A model generated the notes under the pieces. It was not told the origin of the DNA. It did no database searches and saw nothing but the letters and a program-made list of their open reading frames with translations. From the human T2T-CHM13v2.0 reference genome, Homo sapiens, in assembly GCF_009914755.1 (NCBI RefSeq), contig NC_060927.1: 64,000 nucleotides of DNA; one strand, given 5' to 3'. How positions within the stretch are numbered: the stretch's first letter is position 1; each line of letters begins with the position of its first letter. Positions 11,473-30,007 of the stretch are shown here, piece by piece. Position numbers and translations under genes: made by a program.

Positions 11473-12744
11473 AGATATGAGTAATTTGGTATGACTGCAG
11501 ATATGAAGAGACTTGCAAATAGGAAGTATTTTGAAAAAAGCAATGAAACCTTTAATAATTTGTTAAATCATTCCTGAATTTAACAACAAGGTCTTTTTAC
11601 TAAACCAGCTATCAACAAAAGTAAAAACTGTTTTTGTGGCATTTAAAACCAGTGAAAATTCCTGTGTGGGTTTAGCAGCATTAAACTTTAAACACCATTA
11701 ACACATCCTGAGAAATTCACAGAAGGAAAGAGTTCACTATTTTTAAACATACTAAATGTGCCTCTTCTTTATAAACGGGATCTGTGGGTGTTAGAGAAGT
11801 TCAATAAAGAGGGCTACCCCAGAAAACAGGATTTTCCATCCATTGATGTTTTACTATATAAAAAAGGTGCAAATTTTCAACAGGGCTCTAAAATGTTTAA
11901 AAGAATAGTACAATTTATTTGACAGAAGGAAGAAAATGACTAAATTGATGGTTGTCAAATGTCTTAGATAATTTCATTCTCTGTCTTTTAAGAGCACAAG
12001 TCTCATAAAAAGGTGAAAATAGGCTTTCTCAGACCAGGCACAAACCCTAACTTCCTGCCCTCCAAGTACTGCCATGGGTTAAATTACAGGTTACCGAGTA
12101 GTTCTGATACTAAGGCTGAAAGATTCATGAGCCTCACCAGGTTATGTTAATTTCCTGTCCTAAAATAGCTAGTCCACAGTAACCCCCAACGCACCCCAAG
12201 TAAAATATCCCATATGGTAATTCTAGGTTATTTTTTACCTCTCATTTTTAAACACATTAACCTTCCCTAAACCACTGTTAACAATCCATGGACCTACCTC
12301 AGAAAAATAAATCTACTTGTTTACATATGCTGCAAATTCTCATTACACTCTCAGACACATAAAATTTGCAATATGACTCTAGTTGACTCTATTCCCTTTT
12401 CAAATATAGTAACATCTTTCTAATCAAGAAGACTTCCAAAAACATCAAGCTTAGAAAATCAAAATCCTGGAGGCAGGGAGAAAATAATTATTAACAGCTG
12501 TTTACTGAGTAAGTACCTAGTTTGTACCAAGCTATGTTTTTCATGCATTACATCATTTAACCTCAATAGCCGTGTGAGATAGGTACTATTATTATCACCA
12601 ACTTAAAGATGAAGAAAGCTCTTAGGTAAGTCATTTGTTCAAGGTCAGAGTTCGTAAGTGTTAGAGCTGGGATTCTAAAGCAGTCTAACTACAGAGCTCT
12701 ACTATAGAGCTCTACATTCTAAGTAAAACAGCAGTAGAAAACTA

Positions 12745-13065
<321 letters not shown>

Positions 13066-13318
13066 TTACAGATGTAATCCCCAGACCTTCCTTACAATCT
13101 AATGATTAAAATCAGTAATTTCATTCAAAGAACAATTCTAACAATTTGGTAATGTGGATTTCCCATTCACAGTTACTTAGCACATTTGTAGTAATAGGGA
13201 CTACTATTGCTAGGACCAACCACATCAATGAGTTAGTGGGCAAAACACATGTGCACCCACAAGGAAAAGATAAAACTGGCTATTAAAAAGCTACTATATA
13301 ATTACATTAAACGGCCCC

Positions 13319-13674
13319 TGAATGGTTTGGCTGTGTCCCACCCAAATCTCATTTTGAATTGTAGCTGCCAAAATTCCTACGTGTTGTGGGAGGGACCCAC
13401 ATTGTATCATGGGGCACATCTTTCCCATACTGTTCTTATGATAGTGAATAAGTCTTATGAGATCTGATGGTTTTATAAGGGGGAGTTTCCCTGCACAAGC
13501 TCTCTCTTTGCCTGCTGCCATCCATGTAAGCCGTGACTTGCTCCTCCTTGCTATCCACCATGATTGCGAGGCCTTCCAGTCACGTGGAACTGTGAGTCCA
13601 TTAAACCTCTTTCCTGTATGAAGTATCCAGTCTCGCGTATGTCTTTATCAGCAGCATGAAAATGAACTAATACA
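13319..13674 (+). mobile_element. THE1 (MaLR) solo LTR
   Basis: TG.ATGGTTTGGCTGTGTCCCACCCAAATCTC...GAACTAATACA; 5-bp TSD GCCCC/GCCCT. Confidence 0.9.
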
Positions 13675-13899
13675 GCCCTGAACTGTTGTATTTTAGAACA
13701 GGGCTGTTGCTATTAATATATTCTTTGATACCGGCAGTACAATAACTGATATTCATGGTAGCTGAAATATCATAAAGGTATCAAAAAAGATATTCAGCAT
13801 TATCTAAAAAATACCTTAGAACAATTTTTACAAAAAGAGCAAACAAGAAGCATAAAAAACATTTCTCTAGAAAGTTCAAGATGATGGTATTTTATCCTT

Positions 13900-14780
13900 A
13901 GTTCAATCTCTCATTCCCTCCTCTCTCTCCTTCCCTAGAACATTAACACTTTCAAATCCCTGCTTGCTCACTTTTAACCTGTACTCCACCAGCTTCATAG
14001 GCAAACTTTTCAAACGGTAGTCAATACTCACTGTCTTCCACTTCCTCACCTCTATATCCTCCACTTCTCCAGCTTCTACACCCAACTTCCCAGTTTAGTT
14101 GCTTTTTCCAAAGTCATCAATGCCTTCTTATTCCTAAATCTAATAAACACTTTTCAGATTTTATTTGTCCTTTAGGCAGGATTTAACATTTCAGATCCCT
14201 CTCTCCCCTAACCTTTTTTCTTTAAACTGGTCACTTGCCTTCAACACAACCTGACCCTTTTTTCTTTTTTATGTTTTGCTTAATTTATTTCCCTCTGCCT
14301 GTCCCTCAATTATCAGAGGGTCTCTGACCATCTTCTCTTCTCCTACTAAAAATTCTCAAAGGATGATCTTAAGCATTTCCTTCACCTACTTATGCTACAC
14401 TGCTCATCAGCTCATACAAGTCTCCTGATAGCTCTCCAAATGGCTTCCACAAATCTCCACCCTAGGCCCCTCAAACTAACATGCCCACAATTGAACTCAT
14501 CTTGGAAAACAATAACACAGTGTCTTTGAAAGTGTAGCACATGTAATGAGTTTTGTTTTGTTGGAAGTAGGGCTTATTCCACATTTTGATAAACACTGGT
14601 ATCCATCTGGTCTTCCCAGACAAATATCTGGGTGTCTTTCTTGACTCCTCCTTTCTCTCTCCTTTGGACTCAGACACCTAAAGAAATCATCAACTACTAA
14701 AGGAAGATTGTACAACCTTAATCTTTTCAAATCAATTCCCTTTCCTTCATTCCTCCCTCACTTCTTAACGATATCTTGCC
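13900..14780 (-). mobile_element. Degraded L2
   Basis: Pyrimidine-rich L2-like motifs (AAGTCATCAATG, CTCAAACTAACATGCCCA, TTCCTTGACTCCTCC). Confidence 0.6.
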
Positions 14781-15600
14781 TAGGCCCTCCCATAATATTC
14801 TTAATTGTTTGTGGCTATAATAATACTTATCACAGAACATGTGTATTTCTCTACCAACCTGCAAAGTTAGAAAAAAAAATGTGTCTTGTTCTTTTTATCT
14901 AACTGTATTTTGGAACACAGCTGTCAATAAAAGTCTAGTGAGTAAAGGGTCCCAAGAAGCTAAGCAACACATCAAAAAGAATATAATTTATTAACAATGG
15001 TGCAGGAATGTATGTATACTCAACTAGCATTTTTTCAATATTGAAATAACCTCCATAACCTGTGATATACTCCATCACAGTACAGCAATAATAGTATATC
15101 AATATCACTTTTCATATTCAAAGCGACAAAATATTCTTTTTTGGTTTATGTTTCTATGTACATTTTAAATTACTTTCTAAATCAGGGAGGAAACAATATT
15201 TAGAGCAAAATGCCACAATCAGTATGAATGAAAAATCTTTAAGATTTTAGGGCAATTTGTTGTAAAACTGGGAGTTAGAGTGAGGAGGGGAGAACACATC
15301 AAGAAAATAAGGGAATATACCAAAATAGAGATACAACATTAAGGAAAGACTGCAAAGACTACTGTTTTCAATGAACAGTGAGCTTCTCAGTAACAACTGG
15401 GAAAAAGCAGATATGTCTACTGTTTCATCCTAGTCAGTCAATTATTTACATGAAAATGGATCTTTCAACAAAGAATATTAGCCAATTGGAGAGGGTAGGC
15501 AGGAGAGGGGAGAAATTAGAAAATTTCCACTAGAATTTATTCGGAATTTAAATTCAGCCATAAAAACACAAAAGGAAAATATATAAGTGATTATTTACAT

Positions 15601-16946
<1,346 letters not shown>

Positions 16947-18418
16947 TTAATAAGAATTTAGAAAAACAGGTCGCCAGATAAATTCTAGGATTACATGTAA
17001 ATCCTAGTAACGTGACTAGGAACTTCTAGAAGGCAATTCAGCAAAATGGGTCAAAAATCTTTAAAGTATACATACTCTTCAACCAACCAACTCTATCCTA
17101 ATCAGATAAGAACATAGGTAAAGTTCTGCTACGAAAATATTCACCTATGCATTTCATTAACTGCAAAAAGTAAAACTGGAAATAATTAAATGTCTAGCAA
17201 GAAGAGGATACTGAATATATTACAGCATTCCATTGTATATATTAGTTATCATCTGATAATTTTAAATGTTTTGATTCCTGTGGAAAGATAGATATATATT
17301 AAAAGTTCAAAATAAGCAGTTACAATTTTTGTTGACTCATTTTAGTAAAAGATAATATAGCTATGTGCAAAGAACTAGGATGTGCCTAGAAATTTTAGGT
17401 ATGTTCCAAGCATTTTACATGCCTTGTCACATTTAATCTTCAAAACCCTATGACATAGGCTGACATCTCTAAACCTCAGTTCTCTCATTTGCAAAACCGG
17501 AATAAGTAACTTACCCCAAAACCATGAAAACACCAATCATTAACCCATTAAATAGTGGAGCCCAGATTTGACTCCAGCTCTCAGAGAGTCAGAAGCCCAA
17601 ACTGTATTATGTTAAATACCACCTGTACATCAAAGGATTAAAAGGGATCAATCAAAATCTCTCTCTCCCTATCCCAGCTATATTTTCTTCTTTCTCTTTA
17701 TTCTTTTCCACCAATCTTGTATTGCTTGCTACAACAAAAATATTTTATTTATTTAGTAAGGAAAAAGGTACTTTTAAATACTCTGGTTAAAAAGCCAAAG
17801 ATTCAATTTGGGGGGAACAGTTACAGTACAGTATTCAAAGTCAATACATCTTGTTATTTAACATTATCTACAGACAAAGAAAAAAACTATAATAACTTCC
17901 TTTGAGAAGCATCACAAAAAGCTAATGTACTTTTTTATACTGATAATATATTTTATTTAACTACTATGTAAAAATATAATATAAATCATACCATTTCAGT
18001 AATCAATGTAAAACTTATTAATGAATTTTTCCCCTCCAAACTAAGTATTCAAAATCTGTTGTGTATTTTATTCGTACAGCCAGTCTCAATTTGGACTAGC
18101 CAACTTTCAGGGGCTCAACAGCCACATGTCACTAGCGGTAATTAGTTGCTAATTTTGGATGGTGGAGTTATAGAGTCTCCTGAGAGTAAATATACAGAAA
18201 TTCTTACATCTCAAGATGCAGTAATCTTTAGCATGTCTTGCTGTTAATGTACTTTAGTATCAAAAAAAAAAACCTGGTTTGAAATCCACAACTTATAAAG
18301 CTGTAAACTTTAAACAAATTACTTAACTTCTCTAAACTCAATTTTCTTATTTGTAAAATACAGGTAATAATGCTTCTCCCTCAGGATTATTATGAGGACT
18401 GTGTCAAAAGAATAATGT

Positions 18419-18748
<330 letters not shown>

Positions 18749-19698
18749 TCAATAAATGCTAATTCCTTAAAAAAGACATACATACATACATACTGACTCA
18801 ATAGCAAATTGATATTAAATTATGTTCTGATTAAACATATTCTCAGTAATTAATGGCTCATATTCACTTTTAATTTAAATTAAATCAAAACCAAAAATAC
18901 TCAATAAAATAAATTCCCCTGCCTTTTGGGAAACCCCAAACCTCAAAAAGCAGCACTCTGGAACAAACATTTATATCTTCTTCTCTTCGTTACTGCCCTA
19001 TTTGACTTTTGTATCTTCAGGAGTCTAGCAGAATGCCTAGCATATAGTCGGTCTCAAGTGCTGGATGAATAAAAGTGGAAGCCTTGGAACACCTAACACA
19101 CACTGTCTCTAATAATGAATCTCATTATCACTCAAGTCTAAAAGCCTTCACACAAAGCTGTGGTGCTAATTAACATTCAACAACAGTTTTGATTCCAAAA
19201 AAGCAATCCTACAGCAAGTTTCATCCAATTCACTTTTTTACAACTTCCGAATTCCAAAGGAATATACTTACAAACACAAAGTCCCTGGAGGTGAATCTTA
19301 GTGAGAAAGCAAGAGAGCTCTGAAATCTTAGTCCAACTTCCTCACCCAAAAGGCTATGCCAGTTAGGCCAGAATCTCACAGCAAGCTAGGTTTCCCCCAA
19401 CCCCACTCACTTTATTAGCTTCTTTTGACATTCATTTAGCAATACTTAATAAGCACCTACCATGTATCAGGGAACAAAGTTCTGAAATTCCAACCTGCCT
19501 ATAAATTTAACTCTATTACTGGAGCTACAATGAACTAGCCATACTACAAAACAGCTATAGAACCCTAACCTTCTTCTGTAAACACTTAGAATAAATTTCA
19601 CTTTCATCAACCAAATAGAACATCTAATCATTCCACAAATACTGAGTGCCCACTATTCATTTATTCAAAAAAAATTTTACTGAAATCTTGTTATATGC

Positions 19699-19780
19699 CA
19701 GGCATTACCCTGAACTCTGGGAATACACAATGAACTACACAGGCATTACCCTGAACTCTGGGAATACACAATGAACCACA
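19699..19780. repeat. 41-bp tandem duplication (one mismatch) within L2-like sequence
   Basis: CAGGCATTACCCTGAACTCTGGGAATACACAATGAAC(T/C)ACA x2. Confidence 0.95.
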
Positions 19781-20136
19781 CAAAAACAAAACTCCTTGCA
19801 TCAATGGTGCTTATATCTTAAAATCGGAAAGAGGGAGGGGAGAAGAATAGACACAGATAAACAAAATCTATTATACATTACAAGGTGATAAGTGTTAGAA
19901 GGAAAAAATATAGCACAGAAGGGAAATGGAAAGTGCAGGGTCAAGGACAACAGCTGCCGATTTTTTTAAAAAGGTGTAAAAGAAGGCCTAAGAAAAACAT
20001 TTTAACAAGGTCTTAAAGACGATACTACATTAAACTAACACAGGTATTAGACCTAGACAGACCAGATACATTAGCAGCAATCTGGGAACAAATTTCTTCA
20101 ATTCTTGAAAAGGGTAGGAGCAAGACAGAAAGTCTT

Positions 20137-20430
20137 GGCCAGGTACAGTGGCTCACCCCTGTAATCTCAGCACTTAGGGAGCCGAGGCGGGAGAATCACT
20201 GGAGCCCAGGAGGTCAAGAACAACTTGGGCAACATAGGGAGACCCCGTCTCTACAAAAATAAAAAAATTAGCCAGGCATGGTGGCACACACTGGTGGTCT
20301 CAGCTACTTGGAAGGCTGAGGTGGAAGGATTGCTTGGGCCTGGGAGATAAAGAATGCAGTGATCCCTGATCACGCCACTTCACTCCAGCCTGGGTGACAG
20401 AGCGAGACCCTGCTTCAAAAAAACAAAAAA
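20137..20430 (+). mobile_element. AluJ
   Basis: J-type GGGCAACATAGGGAGACC and GGATTGCTTG motifs. Confidence 0.9.
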
Positions 20431-21319
20431 GAGAAAATCTTGGGACAGAAAGACTCAGATGATTTGAAAGAAATCAATTCTTAGGAAGGTTAAACAATAA
20501 ATATGAGTTACTAAGTTTCAACTGGGAAAAAGAAAATACCTGATTGCAACACCATGAAAATGTAGCAAGTCAGTCAGTCAATCTGTCCACCTATTTATTT
20601 ATTTGTTTATTTATGGTAATGCTTCATTGCCAGCAACCACAAATAAACATTTAAAAGATTTTGTCACTTTTCTGTTGTCAGGCTTCAAACTTTAGATGCT
20701 TAACCTTAACTTTCTACTCTTTCCATTTCTGTCATCAAAAAAACACCATCAAATTGGCAGAAATCAAAGGCTGTACAAGGACATTTCAATTCCTATTTTG
20801 TGTGCTGACCAAGCGTTGCTTAGAATTCCATTAGTAACACTTTAAATCTCTATTTTAAAGATGCGTGAGGAATTTACTGTTTATAGGCATCCAGAAATAA
20901 ATTATTTTATAAAATCAGAGGACATTTTAAAAAATAACTTAGGTTTCTTGTTAGATAATACATGTTTACTGTAGAAAAATTCGAAAATAAAGATAGCAAA
21001 ATCTATTTGAATAACGGGATTATAATTTACTAAATATTCTAGAGCATATTCTCACAAATTCTCTAGATTTTGTTGCAGTCAATTTCTGAAAATACACTGC
21101 ACATACTCCTTTGCAATGTGCTATTTTCACTATTATCAATTTATTTCAATGTAAAATGTTCTACATCATCATCATTTGTAATCTTACTGTGTGAATACCA
21201 CAGGAGTGTTAAGAAGATTAAATAAATGTAATGTCTGGCACAAAAGAAACACTGTTTAGACACTATTATTGTTATTAGTTCCAGGATTAAAATTTTCATA
21301 AACAGTCAGGTATATCTAA

Positions 21320-21722
<403 letters not shown>

Positions 21723-23011
21723 ATATATGAATTTATTATCCTTTAGCAACATACCTCCTGAAACCCTTGTCAGCAACTAAGTATTGCATTTCTAATTTTT
21801 AACAATTTGGGGAACACAGAGTATAATTTTATCTTATTTTATTTTTGTTTCTTTAACTATACTAAACACTCTTTTACATGTTGACTGTTTGTATTCCTCT
21901 TCATGTGAATTCATTGCCAAAAATATTTTAAAGTGAACTACTCCAATATTCATAGTCAGAATAATCACATATTAGACTTGTTTAAAGTATGTTACATGTA
22001 CCACCTTTCATTACATGTTTGCTTCAAAAATATACAGCAAGTTATACACTCTCACTCCATCCTAACTCTGAACTTAGTATCTCCCACTAATATTTAAAGA
22101 TAAAACACTAATACCAAAGTCTAAGGGGAAAAAAAGGAGTTCAAATTAAGTCTTAAAATTGCCTAATTATGTAATCCATAGTATCACCATTAATACACTC
22201 ATTTAAAAGAACAGATACTTAAGAATTGACATGAAAACCTATCTATGATATACTGACAAGTGAAAAAAGAACTCAGAACAGTTTGAATGGCGTGATCCAG
22301 TTATAATTTATATAGTAAAACGTAAAACAAATACAGAGAATGGGAAGAATGAGGAGGTAGTCGCTGTCCTAGGTGCTAGGGACCCAGTGATGAACAAGAT
22401 CAGAAGGCTTTTCCCCTACTTTTATGGAACTTACATTCAACTCTGCTGGTAGGCATCTCAACTGTATCTGGATTTACTTTTAGTATTAAACCATAATTGA
22501 TTACAACAATAAAAGTTTTCTCAATTTCTTTCGAAACATAAGTTTGAGCCTACAGAGAAAGTAAAGAGGAATATATACCCTACTTTCTGGACTTTAGAGC
22601 AGATTACAATACTGTAAGATTTAGGAAGCATACAAACATGCAAAAAATATGTATGTAGTATCAATGACACAGAAAAAAAGGCCCAAAATCATTTTGTAAA
22701 ATCTTATTTATATTCAGGACTCTTTTCTCATTAGCCAAACTTAAAAGGTTAACTAATAATGCTATGTTTAAAAAATTAAGTTGCAGAATATTCATGATAT
22801 GATCCCAATTTTTTTAAAAAAGCATTCACAGTGTATAAATGCTGCACATGCCTTTAATAAAAAGTCTTGAACTAACCAGTAGTAACTTCTGGAGATATGA
22901 ATAGAGGAAAAGTGGGCAGATGGGAATCAGAGAACATTTTAAACTTTTTATTATGTGCACTTCTATACTGTTTTGAGTATCCGTGGTAAAATATCTTTAT
23001 GATAAAAATGA

Positions 23012-23700
<689 letters not shown>

Positions 23701-23994
23701 ATTAATGAAAAAGCAATTTAACTGTACCTCCCTAGTATTTATACTAATTGCAAAGAATTATTAAATTGTTTTTCAACAACCATTTTTCACAATAACTTCA
23801 AAAATACTAATATATATGTATAAATATAAATAATAAAGCAATTCATTATTCTCAAAATTTCCAGCATAAGAGAAAAAAAGTATAAAGCTAAGAAAGAGAG
23901 AAAACCTTATAACCCTAAACCCTTAATCTTGAAACAAAATCGGATTTGGAAGTATTGATATGAATCACAGTGTGTTTTCCCATTTAAAAAAATT

Positions 23995-25825
23995 CCAAAA
24001 TTTAGCAAAGTTGCAGAATATAAGATCAACACACAAAAATCAGAATTTTTATACACTAACAATAAACAATCTGAAAAGGATACTAATAAGCAATTCAAGT
24101 TATAGCAGTATCCAAAAAGAAAAATAAAAAAAACTAGGAATAAACTTAACTGAAGATTTACAAAACTTGAAAACTACAAAACATTGCTAAAGAAAATTAA
24201 AGAAAACCTAAACAAATGAAAAGAAATCCTGTGTTCATGGATAGGAAGACATAATACTGTCAAGATGTCAATATCCAAATTGATCTACAAATTCAACTCA
24301 ATCCCTACCAAAATCCCAAAGGCCTTTTCTGCAGAAATGAAAAAGGCAATCCTAAAATATATATGAAATTGTAAGGGACCCTGAATACCTAAAGCAATCT
24401 TGAAAAAGAACGAAGTTGGAGGACTTACTGATTTCAAAATTTGTGACAAAGCTACAGTAATCAAGACAGTGTAGTACTGGCATAAAGACAAACATACAGA
24501 TCAAGGGAATAAGAACTGTGCATCCAAAAATAAACCCATGTATCTATGGTCAACTGATGAGTAATAAGAGTGCCAACACCACACAATGCGGAAAAAAATA
24601 AGCTCTTCAACAAATGGAGTTTGTACAACTAGACCCTTACCTTACTCCATATACTAAAATTAACTCAAAATGGATCAGAGACCTAAATATATGAAATAAG
24701 ACTACAAACCCCTTAGAAGAAAACATATGGGTAAATCATAACCTTAGATTTGACAATGCTCTTTTTAGATATGATGCCAAAAGCATAAGCAAGAAGAGAA
24801 AAAAACAGGAACATTCAACTTCATCTAAATTTAAAACTTTTGTGCATCAAAGGGCACTAAAAAGAGAATGAAAAGAAAACCCACAGAATGGAGAAGTTAT
24901 AATATCTGACAAAGGTGAAGTATCAAGAATATATAAAGAACACTTAAAACTCAACAACAAAAAGACTATCCAGTTTTTAAAAGACAAAGAACTTACATAA
25001 ACATTTCTCCAAAGAAAATACACAAACCACCAACAATGGTGGTTTGCACCTAAAAAGATGCTCTACATCGATAGTCATTAAGGAAATGCAAATCAAAACC
25101 ACCATGAAATACCAGTTCATACCCACCAGGATAGCAATAATCAAAAAATAGAAATAAGGCTTGAAGAAGATGCAGAGAAATGGGAACCCTACTACACTGC
25201 TGGAGGAAATGTGAAATGGTGCAGCCATTATGGAAAACAGTTTGGCAGTCCAGTAAATTAAACATAGAAACACCATATGACCCTGCAATTTCATTATTAG
25301 GTACAGACCTAAAAGAAATGACAGGTGTTCAAACAAAAACTTGTACACAAATGTTCACAGCAACACTATTCACAATAGCCAAAAGCCATAAAAAATGAAA
25401 ATGTCCATCAACTGAATAAACAAAATGTAATATATGCATACAATGGAATATTATTCAGCCATAAACAGGAACGAAGTACTGATACATGCTAAAACAGGGA
25501 TAAACCTTGAAAACATTATTCTAAGTGGAAAAAAGCCAAACACAAAAGGTCACATAAAGTATGATTCCATTTATATCAAATGTCCAGAATAAGCAAATCC
25601 ACAGAGTTGGAAAGCAAATTAATGCCAGGTCTGGGGCAAGGGGGAAATGGGGAGTGACTCCTTAATGAATATAGGGTTTCCTTGCAGGGTAGGGAAAAGC
25701 TCTGGAACTAATTGGTAATAGATGCACAACGTGGTGAAGGTACTTAATGCTAATGATTGTACACTTTAAAATCGTTCAAGTAGTCAATACAACGCTATAT
25801 GTATTTTCACACAATTTTTTAAAAA
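23995..25825 (+). mobile_element. L1M (L1MB-like) ORF2 3' part and 3'UTR, degraded
   Basis: ORF2-like PCSWIGR and 'VQPLWKTVW...PYDPAISLLG' translations. Confidence 0.9.
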
Positions 25826-26376
25826 ATCACACAGACATACAACCACACCCTAGCTCTGTCCACTAAAAGATCCTAAAAACAACCACCAACCCAGAGCAAC
25901 AAACACTCAAACTGTGCTCTCTAAATACTACTCCCCACTAAAAGGAATCAGAACCCCTTAGAGTAATGACTGGTTCTAGATATCTAAGACAGTTGATGTA
26001 CAAGATGAGCCTGGAACATCTTGTCATACTAGAAAACAGGATTACCAAAGACTACTGAGGTTATATGGAAAGATAAAAAGAGCCAACATGACGGGGCTCA
26101 CATTGGCAAAAATGGAACAATTTGACAATTAAAGAGAATAGATTAAAACATCAAATATACTCAAAACTGGGGGTTCATATAAATACGTACTTAAAAAGAA
26201 GAAAACACCTCACTGTTTCTGTCAAATGCTAAAGAATCAAGACTTACCCTGCTTTTTCTTAGGATAATAATAAAATTGAGGTAAAGTTCTTCTTTATAGA
26301 AAAATTCCAGCTACAAATACAAAATGAATGACAGAATATGACCATTGGCTATCTCTAAAGAAATAATGATCTAGAT

Positions 26377-26600
26377 TGGGGTCAGCACACTTTCCATAAA
26401 GGGCCAGATAGTAAATATTTTAGGCTTTGCAGGACACACAGTCTGTCTTAACTACTTAACTCTGCCACTGTATGTGAAAATCAGCTACAGATAATACATA
26501 AAGGAACAAGTGTGGCTACATCCTAATAAAACTTTATTTACAAAATAAGCAGTGGATCGTATTTGGCCTATAAGCTGTAGTTTGCAGAAACCTTGATCTA
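26377..26600. mobile_element. MER58A
   Basis: GGGGTCAGCACACTTTCCATAAAGGGCCAGATAGTAAATATTTTAGGCTTTGC. Confidence 0.8.
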
Positions 26601-26603
26601 GAC

Positions 26604-26810
26604 CAGCGGTGTCTATTCTTTTGGGTTCCTTGGGCGACACTGGAAGAAGTATTATCTTGGGCCACACAAATACATGAATACTAACGATAGCTGATGAAGA
26701 AAAAAAAATTGTAAAAAATCTCATAATGTTTTAAGAAAGTTTACAAATTTGTGTTGGGCCACAATCAAAGCTGTCCTGGGCCACATGTGGCCCGGGAATT
26801 AGACAAGCTT
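26604..26810. mobile_element. MER30-like hAT MITE
   Basis: GGTGTCTATTCTTTTGGGTTCCTTGGGC...AAAGCTGTCCTGGGCCACATG...GACAAGCTT. Confidence 0.75.
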
Positions 26811-26993
26811 TTCTAGACAATGATCATAAATGACTGTTAAAGAGATTAGGTGAAAGACTGATGGGGAACTTTATAATACATAAAGGATCTCTTCAAAAGA
26901 ATAGACGCAGTAATCAACTGTAACATCAAAAAAAAAAAAAAAAGAGAGGTAACTAGGCATCACATGACACCTGATGTTATGCAATAGGAAATA

Positions 26994-27323
26994 CAAATGC
27001 TCCCTGACATAAAATGGAGTACGCCCACTAAATCCACTGTAAACTGGAAATATTGTAAGTTGAAAATGCACTTAATACACCTAACCTACCAAACATCACA
27101 GCTTAGCCTAGCCTACCTTAAACATGATCCAACACTTAATTTAGCCTATAGTTGGGCAAAATCACCTAACACAAAGCCCTGACATAAAACTTTATAACAA
27201 AGTTATTATAAAGAATTTTGCATCAAAATTCAAAGTACAGCTTCTACTGAATGCATATCACTTTTGCAGTATCATAAAATCAAAAAATCATAAGTTGAAC
27301 CATCATGAATTCGGGATCACCTG
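26994..27323. mobile_element. Tigger4/MER46-type Tc1-mariner MITE
   Basis: TAATACACCTAACCTACC..CTTAGCCTAGCCTACCTTAAAC core; TA-flanked ends. Confidence 0.75.
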
Positions 27324-27801
27324 TATTCAGTACCATGCAATAAAGTAATCTGACTAAAAAGTCTAACCAACTATTTGCAGAACATACAAGAAATAAAGGA
27401 GCTTGTTAAATAACCACAGGGATGCAATCAGCAAAACCTTGAATGTGGGAAATTCCAAAGAACAAATGATCTGATTTCCTCAATAAATAAATGGCAAGGA
27501 AGAGCTAAACAAAAAATATTACCAATTGAAAGGAGAGTTAAAAATAGCAACCAAATGCTATGGACCTTGTTTTGAATCTTTAGTAAAAAAACAAACCATG
27601 TTTTTAAGGGAAAAAAAGATACAATCACAGAAATGTGAATACTGACTGGATCTGATGTTACAGAATTCTTTAATTTTTAAAAGGCGGAATCATGGTGCTG
27701 TATTTGTATTTCTTTGTCTTATGCATCCTTCTCTTTTAGAAACAAATAGTATTTTCCAAAAACATCATATGATGTCTGAAATTTGCTTTAAAAATATTTG
27801 G

Positions 27802-28476
<675 letters not shown>

Positions 28477-29623
28477 TTATAGAAATTGATGATGGATATA
28501 CAGTGGTTTATTAAACTAGTCTATCTAGTATTATATAATTGAAAACTTCTTAATAATTTAAAAGTGACATAAAAATAAAAACCCCAAAATGGAAAAAAGT
28601 ATTCACTATCTGTTTGGGAGTACCAGGTTCCCTAAAAAGTTTAATAAAAATTACTCCATTCTGCTGAAATCCAAATTCAGAACCCACAGACACCTAAGGG
28701 TAACAAGAAAGGAAGGAAAGGGAAAGGAAAACAAGTGGTGGAAAAGAAAAAAGAAGAAACCTGTCATTCATTCTTCCCTTCCCTTGCCCTGGGTAATGAC
28801 AAAGTAGTGAGGGGCTGTCTGCTGCTCCTCTAAAAATGTCCTGACAGGGACGAAGAGTATTTTACTTTATGAGAAAAGGTTTCCCATGAAAATCACTCTA
28901 CCTCAAGCTGTAAATATTATCTGATATTCTTAGAGGTCCCAATGATCTTGGCTATTTCAAAGTAGGAAATAAAAAGGAAGGAAGAGAAAATTTTTCAGAG
29001 TAGGGGAAAGGTTTCTCTCCCCAACTTCCTCAAAATTGAGAAGAATAAAAACTAAAGAAAAAACTAAAACATACAGTATTCTGCTTAACTCAATTCACAG
29101 TTAATAGCCTTCACGGTACTGAATGGTCCCAAATAGTTATTCAAATTTTTGAAGAGTATCTTGGACCATTTAAGTTAATTCTACTGAATACAGCTGTGGA
29201 CAACCCAGTTGGGGGTGTGGGGGACAATCTTCATTCACATCTCACCATAATGTGGTATGTCCATCATATTTGAACATTTTATTAAAACTCAATACCTAAC
29301 GGTCAATACAAACCAGACTGCCAGTGCATACAGACTAGCCTGAAAACAGTTTTTGGAAAAAAAAAAAAAATGCAGTCTAAAAATATTAACTATACAAACA
29401 TCACATCTATTGAAAATACACATTTCACATTAAACACAAACAAAACTTTAAAGGTACCTACTAGGCCAACATTTCCTGATTACGAATACTCACTTAAAAA
29501 CTTCCAGATCCCTAGTGACAACTGCAACTTTCTTAATGCCCTATAAAATATATTTAAGATGGAATTTCTATTACTTTAAAAATGCATCTGGTGATGATTT
29601 TTCCTTAAATAAATATAGGGGAA

Positions 29624-30007
<384 letters not shown>

